A DNA stretch of 31,783 bases from Chthoniobacteraceae bacterium. Its GTDB lineage: Bacteria; Verrucomicrobiota; Verrucomicrobiia; Chthoniobacterales; Chthoniobacteraceae. The DNA is taken from the NCBI GenBank assembly GCA_031409655.1, contig JANNXQ010000266.1:1-31783 (forward strand), given 5' to 3'. Under the pieces are notes generated by a model, which was not told where the DNA came from, searched no databases, and saw nothing but the letters and a program-made list of their open reading frames with translations. The translations under genes and the position numbers were made by a program. This document shows positions 19,756 to 28,400 of the stretch, in pieces. Every line of letters begins with the position of its first letter. Positions within the stretch are counted from its first letter, which is position 1.

Positions 19756-19836
19756 ACATCGAACGAAGAGAGCCCGCCCAGTTTCGCGCCTTCCCTCGTT
19801 CAAAGTTCGATGTTCGATGTTCAACGTTCGATGTTC
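19726..19836. repeat. Palindromic heptamer-repeat element C (unit GAACATC), overlapping the kinase stop
   Basis: Left arm has 6 units (GAACATC GAACATC GAACGTC GAACGCT GAACATC GAACGAA; 19726-19767). Right arm has 6 inverted units (CTCGTTC AAAGTTC GATGTTC GATGTTC AACGTTC GATGTTC; 19795-19836). Confidence 0.9.
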
Positions 19837-19852
19837 TGCTCCTCTTAACCCC

Positions 19853-20485
19853 ATGCCCAAGCCCAAGCCTCTCCGCGTCCTCGTCGCCGATGACCACCAC
19901 GTCGTCCGCAGCGGCATCGCGGCCTCCATCGGCCTGGAGGATGATCTCGCCGTCGTCGCGGAGGCCGATTGCGGCGAGCAAGTCGTCGCGCAATACCGCG
20001 CCAGCCAGCCGGACGTGGTGCTCATGGATCTGCGCCTGCCAGGCATGAACGGCATCGAGGCGACGGCGGCACTCCTGCGCGAAATCCCGGAGGCGCGGGT
20101 CATCATGTTCACCACCTTTGAAGGCGACGAAGACATCTACCGCGCCGTGCAGGCCGGCGCGCGCGGCTACTTGCTGAAGTCTGCCCCGCGCGAAGATCTG
20201 CTGCGCGCCATCCGCACCGTCGCCGCCGGTGAGCGCTTTCTCCCGCCCGCGCTCGCCAGCCGACTCGCCGAGCGCATGGCGACCAATGACCTCAGCCCGC
20301 GCGAACTCGAAGTCCTGCAACTCATCGGCCGCGGCCGCAGCAACAAGGAAATCGGCAGCGCCCTCGGCATCACCGAGGACACCGTGAAGCGGCACATCAC
20401 GAATCTTTTCGCCAAGCTCCGCGTCATGGACCGCACGCAAGCGACGACCGAGGCGATCCGCCGCGGGATCATCCGGCTGGATTAG
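19853..20485 (+). CDS. NarL/LuxR-family response regulator
   Basis: LRVLVADDHHVVRSG, DVVLMDLRLPGMNG, GARGYLLK and LuxR HTH LSPRELEVLQLIGRGRSNKEIG; start MPKPKP at 19853. Confidence 0.95.
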   Translation: MPKPKPLRVLVADDHHVVRSGIAASIGLEDDLAVVAEADCGEQVVAQYRASQPDVVLMDLRLPGMNGIEATAALLREIPEARVIMFTTFEGDEDIYRAVQAGARGYLLKSAPREDLLRAIRTVAAGERFLPPALASRLAERMATNDLSPRELEVLQLIGRGRSNKEIGSALGITEDTVKRHITNLFAKLRVMDRTQATTEAIRRGIIRLD

Positions 20486-20503
20486 GTGGATGGCGCGCCT
20501 TCC

Positions 20504-20565
20504 CAAGGAGCAGGGGCGCCCCCGCCCCCAGAAGCTACTCGGGGCGTGGGCGCCCCTGCTACTTG
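20504..20565. repeat. REP-doublet (REPIN-like) palindrome; may also act as a terminator
   Basis: GGAG-CA-GGGGCG-CCCC-CGCCCC (20507-20528) and, inverted, GTAG-CA-GGGGCG-CCCA-CGCCCC (20562-20541): two internally palindromic units facing each other across a 12-nt spacer. Confidence 0.65.
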
Positions 20566-20585
20566 CCAGCGCTGCGACCGCGACA

Positions 20586-20599
20586 CCCACTAAAGTGGG
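20586..20599. promoter_or_regulatory. Candidate NarL-family response regulator box
   Basis: Perfect inverted repeat CCCACT-AA-AGTGGG about 60 nt upstream of the PSD1 gene start, immediately downstream of a NarL-family regulator gene. Confidence 0.45.
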
Positions 20600-20659
20600 A
20601 GCCTTCGGTCCCACCTTTGCGCGCGTGCTTTTCGGGTCCAGCGTTCTAGTGTTCCCGCC

Positions 20660-23600
20660 ATGCAAGTTCCCCGCTTCGCCACCGCGCTCTACTTCGCCGC
20701 GACGACCGTTCTCTCCGCTGGGTCCTATGACGACCTCGTTGCCAAAGACCAGCCCGTCGAACACTGGAGCTCGAATCCCGCCAAGACCGAATCCTTGCTC
20801 ACTGGCGGCGCGGAGATCACCGAAGGGCCGCGTCCTCCAGACTACCCGCATTTCGGCGCGCAAAATCACGCGCTGCTTTTGCACAAACCCGGCGCGAGTC
20901 TGCGCTTCACGGATCCCGGCGAGGAGAGCATTTACGATTTCAAAAAGGGCGACAGCATCACCCTCGAAGCCTGGGTGCAGTGTGAAAAGCTCGGCAACGG
21001 GCACGGCGTCTATCTCGTCGGCAAAGGGCGCACGGGCCAGACCGAGCAACCTGCGCACAATCAAAACTGGGCGCTGCGGCTGCGCGAAGGTGATGGCAAT
21101 GCGCGGGTGAGTTTCCTTTTCCGCGACGAACGCAACGCCAACAAAGCGAGCGAAGAATTCTGGCATCGCTGGACGGCGAACGCGGGCTTCCTGCCCGGCG
21201 AAGGCTGGCACCACGTCGCGGTCAGCTACACCTTTGGCCAGCCGGAAAGCATCCGCGGCTATCTCGACGGCGCGGAGGTGAAGGGTGATTGGGACATGGG
21301 CGGCGCGACGGAGTTCGGCCCGTGGGTGGACGATGGCGATGTGTGGGTCGGCTCCGCGCAGGGCGGCGCGGCGGGCGCGAGTCTCTACGGGCGGCTGGAT
21401 GAAGTGGCCATCTTTCGCACGGCGCTCCCCGCGGCGACGCTGAAGGCGCGCTTCCTCCAGAGTGCAACGGCGACGGCCGCGAAGCCTGCACCGCAGCTCC
21501 CTCCCGTGGTGCTCGCGGATTTGCCGCAAGGCGCGGTGCGCGTGGAAATCTTTGAGCACAGCGCCTCCGAGATTGATCGTCCCGCTGGCGAGTGGACCGT
21601 GAATGACTCCGACACCGCGAAAGACGGCGCCGGCACCGCGGCCTCGTGGACGAATGTCCCGACGGTGAAGACCGAAGAGTGGACGGAGCCCGCCTTTGCC
21701 CTCGCGGAGATCATCGCAAAATATTCGCCGCGCGGAGTGCGTCGAGATCGCTCGATTCCCTTTCTCGTGCGGCTGGCGGGCGTGGTGACGCTGCCGCCCG
21801 GGGAGCACCGCTTCCTCGTGCGCGCGCTCCGCGGCGGACGGCTCACGATCGATGGCAAGGTGGTCGCGACTTCCGACTTCACACCCAAAGCCACGGGGCC
21901 GTCGCGCGCCTCGGATGCCGAGGTCGTGGAGGATCAACTGGAGCGGCAACTCGTCAAAGAAGCGCCGGTGCTGCCTCCCGGTCATAGCGAAGCGATGGCC
22001 ACGGTGCAGGGCGATGGCCAGCCGCATGTCATCGTCTTCGAGACCTTCGTCGGCGGGAAAAATCTGCGCCCCGAACTCGGCACGCCAAGCGTGAGCGTCT
22101 CGCACAATGGCACGCCCTTTAGTCTCGCGGCGTGCGACGGCACGACGCGCGAATTCAACGACGAGGGCTGGAAGCAATACACCCGTGAACAGCAGGCGCG
22201 CATCGACACCCTGGCCGCGACGCGCCGGACGAGCGCGGACGAAATCGCCTACTGGAAAATGCGCCACGATCTCGCCCGCACCGAACTGGCGAAGAAGCCC
22301 GGCCCGGCGGTGCCGGAAATCCGCAATCCGCAATCCGCAATCCGCAATCCTATCGACGCCTTCATCGCCGCGAAGCTCGAAACCGCGAAGGTCGAGCCCG
22401 CGCCGCGCACCGACGATGCTTCGTTTCTCCGGCGCGTGACGCTCGACGTCATCGGTCTCGTACCGACGCCCGAGGAACTCACCGCTTTCCTCGCCGACGC
22501 CCACCCCGACAAGCGCGCCCGCGCCATCGACCGCCTGCTCGCCGATCCACGCTGGGCCGATCAGTGGGTGCCGTATTGGCAGGACGTGCTCGCGGAAAAT
22601 CCCGCAATGCTAAAAGCCACGCTGAATAACACGGGACCGTTCCGCTGGTTCCTGCGCGATACCTTGCGGGATAATTGGCCGATGGATCGCTTCGCCACCG
22701 CGCTCGTCTCCATGGAAGGCAGCACGCGCAACGGCGGCAGTGCGGGCTTCGCGGTCGCGTCGCAGAATGATCTGCCGATGGCGAACAAAGCGCAGATCCT
22801 CGGCGCGGCTTTTCTCGGCATGGAGATGAAGTGCGCGCGCTGCCACGACGCGCCGAGTCATCCCTTCAATCAGGCCGATCTTTTCTCCCTCTCCGCGATG
22901 CTCCAGCGCGAGCCGCTCACGGTGCCGGGATCGAGCCTCACGCAGGGACTGAGCGCAAACAGCCACGTCGTCGTCTCGCTCAAAGCCGGGCAGAAAATCG
23001 AAGCCCACTGGCCTTTCCCCGACCTGCCGTCCGAGCCGCTGCCCGGCGTCCTGCACAATCCCGAAGACACGCGCGAGCAACTCGCCGCGATGCTCACCGA
23101 TCCGCGGAATGAGCGCTTTGCCCAAGTGCTCGCGAACCGCGTCTGGAAGCGGCTCCTGGGCTTTGGCATCGTCGAACCGGTCGATGACTGGGATGGCGCC
23201 GCGCCTTCACATCGCGAGATGCTCACCTGGCTCGGACGCGAACTCGTCGGCCACAACTACGATCTCAAGCATGTCGCGCGGCTGATCATGAATTCGGACA
23301 CCTATCAGCGCGTGGTCACGGAGGCGGGATCGAAGTTTGCGAAATCCGGCGACCGCCTTTTCCAGTCGCCCGCCCGCCGCCGGATGAGCGCGGAGCAACT
23401 CATCGACTCACTCTTCCAGATCGCGGGGAAAGACTTTGAGTGCGAGCCGCTGAACTTCGACCTCGATGCGCGCCGCCCGATCAAAGATTTCCTCAACCTC
23501 GGCGCCCCGCAGCGCGCGTGGCAGTTCGTGGGCCTGAGCAATGAGCGCGACCGGCCTTCGCTCGGCAAGCCAACGGCGCAGCCTTTCACCGATGTGCTCA

Positions 23601-24100
23601 CCGTCTATGGCTGGCGCGACTCCCGCGCAGAACCGAAGAGCACCCGCGACGAAGCACCAAACGTCCTCCAGCCCGCCTTGCTCGGGAATGGCATCCTCGG
23701 CGCCCGCATCACGCGCCTGAGTGAAGACAGCGCCTTCACCGCGCTCGCGCTTCGCGAGCAATCGCTGGACGAACTCGTGACGCAGCTTTTCCACCGCGTG
23801 CTCTCTCGCGCGCCAAGCGAAAAGGAACGCGCGAGCTTCACCGCCGCGCTGCGCGAAGGCTACGACGATCGCCGCCGCGCGGTGCCCAGCGGCGAGATCC
23901 CAAAGAAGCCGCGGATGTCGAAATTTGCGATGTGGAGCAATCACCTCCATCCGGATTCCACGCCCGTGGTCTATGAGCAGGAAAAACTCATCCGAGCTGG
24001 AGACATCCCGACGCCGCGCCTCGCCGCCCCCTGGCGCGAGCGGATGGAAGACGCCGTCTGGGCGCTGATGCTCACTCCTGAATACGCCTTCATCCCATAA
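20660..24100 (+). CDS. LamG + DUF1549/DUF1553 (PSD1) domain-containing cytochrome c-type protein
   Basis: Signal peptide; LamG motifs (ITLEAWV, WHHVAVSYTFG, GRLDEVAIFR); NPIDAFI, FLRRVTLDVIGLVPT, CARCHDAP, NRVWKRLLGFGIVEPVDD, RRMSAEQLIDS and C-terminal EDAVWALMLTPEY. Confidence 0.92.
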   Translation: MQVPRFATALYFAATTVLSAGSYDDLVAKDQPVEHWSSNPAKTESLLTGGAEITEGPRPPDYPHFGAQNHALLLHKPGASLRFTDPGEESIYDFKKGDSITLEAWVQCEKLGNGHGVYLVGKGRTGQTEQPAHNQNWALRLREGDGNARVSFLFRDERNANKASEEFWHRWTANAGFLPGEGWHHVAVSYTFGQPESIRGYLDGAEVKGDWDMGGATEFGPWVDDGDVWVGSAQGGAAGASLYGRLDEVAIFRTALPAATLKARFLQSATATAAKPAPQLPPVVLADLPQGAVRVEIFEHSASEIDRPAGEWTVNDSDTAKDGAGTAASWTNVPTVKTEEWTEPAFALAEIIAKYSPRGVRRDRSIPFLVRLAGVVTLPPGEHRFLVRALRGGRLTIDGKVVATSDFTPKATGPSRASDAEVVEDQLERQLVKEAPVLPPGHSEAMATVQGDGQPHVIVFETFVGGKNLRPELGTPSVSVSHNGTPFSLAACDGTTREFNDEGWKQYTREQQARIDTLAATRRTSADEIAYWKMRHDLARTELAKKPGPAVPEIRNPQSAIRNPIDAFIAAKLETAKVEPAPRTDDASFLRRVTLDVIGLVPTPEELTAFLADAHPDKRARAIDRLLADPRWADQWVPYWQDVLAENPAMLKATLNNTGPFRWFLRDTLRDNWPMDRFATALVSMEGSTRNGGSAGFAVASQNDLPMANKAQILGAAFLGMEMKCARCHDAPSHPFNQADLFSLSAMLQREPLTVPGSSLTQGLSANSHVVVSLKAGQKIEAHWPFPDLPSEPLPGVLHNPEDTREQLAAMLTDPRNERFAQVLANRVWKRLLGFGIVEPVDDWDGAAPSHREMLTWLGRELVGHNYDLKHVARLIMNSDTYQRVVTEAGSKFAKSGDRLFQSPARRRMSAEQLIDSLFQIAGKDFECEPLNFDLDARRPIKDFLNLGAPQRAWQFVGLSNERDRPSLGKPTAQPFTDVLTVYGWRDSRAEPKSTRDEAPNVLQPALLGNGILGARITRLSEDSAFTALALREQSLDELVTQLFHRVLSRAPSEKERASFTAALREGYDDRRRAVPSGEIPKKPRMSKFAMWSNHLHPDSTPVVYEQEKLIRAGDIPTPRLAAPWRERMEDAVWALMLTPEYAFIP
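22318..22350 (+). repeat. In-frame heptamer tandem repeat (AATCCGC x4 + AATCC) inside the PSD1 gene
   Basis: Perfect 7-nt tandem array read as (E)IRNPQSAIRNP; no inverted arm seen nearby. Confidence 0.9.
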
Positions 24101-24112
24101 CTTCCCAAACCC

Positions 24113-25402
24113 ATGATCTCTCCCTCGATGAACCGTCGCGACTTTCTCACCCGCGCCTCCCTTGCCGCTGGCGCACTTGCTCTGCCACGCTGGGCTCAGG
24201 CCGCTCCGGAAATGCCAATGGGCAAAGCTGAACACTGCATCTTCGTCTGGCTCGGCGGCGGATCTTCGCAGATCGACACCTTCGACGCGAAGCCGACGAA
24301 GGGCGACGGCAAGAAGGTCGCTGGCTGCTACTACGACATCATCGACACCGCGATCCCCGACGCGAAATTCTGCGAGCATCTGCCGCGGCTCGCGAAGCTC
24401 GGCGAACATCTGATCCCCGTGCGCACGGTGAATCATAATGTCATCGACGAACACGCCGCCGCGACGAACCGCATGCACACGGGCCGCCTGCCGAGCGGCA
24501 GCATCGTCTATCCTTCGATCGGTTCGATCATCGCCAATCAGCGCCAGGCTGCTGCCGACGGAGTGCCGGCCTATATCGTCATGGGCTATCCGAGCGCCAC
24601 GCGCGGGCCCGGATTTCTCGGGCCAAAGTCGGGCTACGTTTATCTCACTGATACCGCGAGCGGACCGGCTGGACTTTCGCTGCCGCCGGATATTTCGCGC
24701 GAACGCGCGGAGCGGCGCAAAGGCCTGCTGGCCACGGTCCGCGACGAGTACCGCGGGCGCACCGCCGACACCGCGCCACGCGATTACGACGAGGCGATCG
24801 AGGAAGGCTTCCGGCTGCAGGGCGGCGATTTCATGAAAGCGTTCGATCTCGGCAAGGAGCCGGATCGTTTGCGTGCGGATTACGGCGATGAATTTGGCCA
24901 GCGCTGCCTGCTCGCGCGGCGACTCATTCAGCGCGGGGTACGGTTCATGGAAGTCGGCTTCAATATGAACTTCGTCAACGGCGCTGGCTGGGACACGCAC
25001 AATGCGGCGCAGAAGGAGCAGCACGTCCTCATCCAAGGTCTCGACCAGAGCCTCGCGACGCTCATCAACGATCTGAAGAACACCCAACTCCTCGACAAGA
25101 CGCTGATCGTCGTCGCGGGCGAGTTTGGTCGCCCCGCGAGTTTCGACAGCGGTGGCGGACGCGGTCATCACGGCAAGTGCTTCAGCGTGCTGCTCGCGGG
25201 TGGTGGCCTGCGCACCGGCCAGTGTGTCGGCACGAGCGACGACCTTGCCATGGAAGTCGTCGCCGATCCCGTGAGCGTGCCCGATCTTTTCGCCACCATC
25301 TGCGCCACGCTCGGCGTGAAGCCGAACAAGAACCTGATGGACGGCGAGCGCCCCGTGCCAATCACGGACGGCGGGAAGCCGGTGGCAAAGCTCTTCGTTT
25401 AG
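24113..25402 (+). CDS. DUF1501 domain-containing protein with Tat signal
   Basis: NRRDFL, CIFVWLGGGSSQIDTFD, FGQRCLLARRLIQRGVRF, WDTH, GEFGRP and GRGHH; starts 12 nt after the PSD1 gene. Confidence 0.92.
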   Translation: MISPSMNRRDFLTRASLAAGALALPRWAQAAPEMPMGKAEHCIFVWLGGGSSQIDTFDAKPTKGDGKKVAGCYYDIIDTAIPDAKFCEHLPRLAKLGEHLIPVRTVNHNVIDEHAAATNRMHTGRLPSGSIVYPSIGSIIANQRQAAADGVPAYIVMGYPSATRGPGFLGPKSGYVYLTDTASGPAGLSLPPDISRERAERRKGLLATVRDEYRGRTADTAPRDYDEAIEEGFRLQGGDFMKAFDLGKEPDRLRADYGDEFGQRCLLARRLIQRGVRFMEVGFNMNFVNGAGWDTHNAAQKEQHVLIQGLDQSLATLINDLKNTQLLDKTLIVVAGEFGRPASFDSGGGRGHHGKCFSVLLAGGGLRTGQCVGTSDDLAMEVVADPVSVPDLFATICATLGVKPNKNLMDGERPVPITDGGKPVAKLFV

Positions 25403-25433
25403 TGGGGTCCTCAGTGACACCCGACTTACCGGT

Positions 25434-28400
25434 CTAGTTCTCGTTCAGCCGCGGTCGGAAGAAGCGCTTCGGGTCGGCGATGGGGGCGGTGATATTGAGC
25501 GAGCGGCCGGGCGTGGCCAGGCCTTGGTTGCCGGGCACGTCCCAGAGACTCCACGATTGCAGATCGGTGGACGTTTCGATTTGGGCGAATCGATTCGCAG
25601 GCAGAGTAAGCGAGATCGTGATGTTACCCCCGCCGGCGAGTGACGGCTGGATTTGCAGGAAGCTCCCGCCATTCAGCGGGCCGGTGGCGGCGAGGAATTC
25701 GCGGTAGTTGTCGCCCCCGTCGGCGTCGGCGTCGAAGCCCGGTTCACCTTCCGCACTATTGGCGGAGCCAAACTGCGCGAGGCGCCAGTCGGCGTAGGTC
25801 TGGCGATTGATCAGCGCGGCGCTCTCGATCCATTGCGTGACGAGCGTGACGTTGGGCTGGTCGGTGAGATTGCTGCCGATCGGCGGCATGCGGGTGTAGC
25901 CATTCGTCGCGGCCATGCGGCTGAGCATGACGGAAAACTGCGGTTCGTCCGGGACGATGAGTTTGTGGTTGGGGTTGCCGCCGTTGTTTGTGGCGGGGCC
26001 ATTGATGAGGCCGGTGAGATCGAGCGGCGTGGTGCTGCGGCCATCCCACTGCGCGGGCGCGCCGGTGCCGCCGGGCTTGTGGCAGTAGGCGCAATTCACG
26101 TCGAGATAGCTGCGCACGCGGGCTTCGAGGGGGAAGCCCGTTTCGGGGGGGGCGGCGAGTTCGTCCGGTCGCAGATGGCGTGGGAGGACGTTGGGCGATT
26201 CGGGGGTGTTGGAAAAATATCCGGCGCTGTGCAGGAGCGTGATCTGGTGGCCGGCGAAGGCCTTCATGATGCCGCTGAGATTGAGCTGACGAGTATTGGA
26301 AGAGAGCGCGTGGCCGGCGGCGGGTGTGTGGCAGGAGAGACATTCGCTGCGGCTCGGGATGCGCCAGGTCTGCGGGGTGTTCGTGCCGCCGACATTGATG
26401 GTGAAGGGAATGTCCACGCCTTCATCGGGCACGAGCGTGGCATCGGTTTGCGCATCGTTCCAGCGGTAGCTCACGCCGTAGGCGCCGGTCGCGGTCTTGA
26501 CGAGCAGCCGCGTCTCCACGCGGCGCTTGGTCGAGAAATTGCCGCGGGTCAATTCGAGATCGAAGTGCTTCACCCACACCTGCCCGGTGGGGAAAGTCCA
26601 CAGACCGTCGCGTGACCACGTCATCGTCCCGATCGCGTCCGGGATGGTGAGCCAGCGGCGCTTGATCCCGTAGTCGCTCCAGAAGGGAAGATTCACGTCG
26701 TAAGCGACGAGGCCGGGATTGGGCGAGAGATCGGTGAGATCCGCGAAGACGCCCGTCTCGCCGAGCGTCGTGGGATAGCCCGTGGTCGGCACGCCGCCGA
26801 CGAGCCGACGGATGCGGCCGTTGTCGAGGTCGGCCATGAGGATGTCGCCATTCGAGGGATCGCGGCCAAAGGCGCTGATACCACCTTCACCCGCGATGCG
26901 TTCCGCAGGCGTCGCACCATTCAAGCCGCTGCGCCGGATGGTCCAGATATTTCCCGTGACGTAGTCGGCGAAGAGGTAAGCGCCGAAGAGTTCGGGAAAA
27001 CGATTCCCTCGATAGACGAAGCCGCCGGTGATCGAGAAGCCGCCGGTGGTCCCGCTGTTGTGCGGGTAATCGTGGATCGGTCGGGTGCCGTAGAGCGTGT
27101 CGAAGTTTGCCGGCGCCTGCGCGGATTTCGGACCATTGATGAAGCCCTCGCGGAGCGCCCAGCCGTAGTTCCCGCCGCGCGTCACGATATCGACTTCCTC
27201 GCGCGCGCCGCCGCCGACGTCGCCAGCCCAGAGATCGCCGGTGGTCGGATCAAAGGACATCCGCCACAGATTGCGGAATCCGGTGGCCCAGAATTCCGAA
27301 CGCACGTAGGGCAGCTCGGCCGCAGGAATCGCGGCGCCATTGTGCGTGCCGGTCCACGAGCCGCCCTCAGTGGTGGGCACGTAGGGATTGTCGATCGGGA
27401 TGCTGTAGCGCGCGACGCCGGCATCGCGCTGCACGGCATCGGCGGGAGGATTCACGGGATAATCCACCGGGTTCGGATTCGCGTTCGGCTCAAGATTGCC
27501 GGGACGTTTATCCACGTCGATGCGGAGGATCGCGCAGAAGAAATCCTTGGTGATGCGCTGGCTGTTGTTGCCGGTGTCGTTCTGATCTCCCTCGTCGCCC
27601 GTCGTGATGTAGAGGTAGCCGTCGCCGCCGAAGTGCAGGTCGCCGCCGTTGTGATTTCCGTACTCGTCGAGCTGCTCGATGAGGATCAGCTCGGAGTTCG
27701 GATTGGCGACGTTTGGATTGCCCGCCTGCACCGTGAAGCGCGAGACGCGCTGGAAGATCGGGGACGCCACGGTGCTGTCTTTATCCACGCAGTAGTTCAC
27801 GTAGAAGTAGCCGTTCGTCGCGTAATTCGGATGAAAGCCGACGCCGAGAAATCCCCGCTCGCCGCCGGCAACGATGACCTCATTCGGATTGGCGGGAAGA
27901 TTGCGGCTGCTGAGCAGCGTGGCGAGATCGAGGAAGGTGGTGGCCGTCGGGGTGGCGGCGGCGACATTGGGAATGACGCGCAGCAGTCCGCCGCGTTGCG
28001 CGACGAAGAGCCGCTGCGTCTCGCCGGGCGGAGTCGCGAGCGCCACGGGATCGGTGAAGGCGAGAGTCCCGAAAGCTTCCTCCACTTGATACGCCGCTGG
28101 TGGCAGCGTCGCCGGTACATTCAAGGTCGGCGCGATGAGCCGCAGGGCGGACGAAAAATTCACCGTCACGGTCGCCGGTGCGGAGACTCCGACGAGATTG
28201 ATCGCGCGATAGGTGAAGCTGTCGCTCGTCGGGGCACCGCTGGTGTGCGTGTAGAGGATGCGGCCAAAGGGATCGAGCGTCGCGCTGCCGAATTGCGGCG
28301 TCTGCACGATCTCGAGGCCGACGGCGTTCGCGTCATTTGTGCGCACCGCGATGCTTGCCTTCGCGCCAGGATTCATGGTGATCGAGTCGGGCTGCACGGT

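Noticed and set aside
14709..19836. Repeat arrays as a CRISPR locus
   Set aside because: Units are 7 nt and contiguous, with no unique spacers and no cas genes.
20490..21110. 206-aa ORF spanning the regulator-PSD1 intergenic region
   Set aside because: It runs through the REP-like palindrome and overlaps the PSD1 gene out of frame, with low-complexity Pro/Arg/Ser composition.
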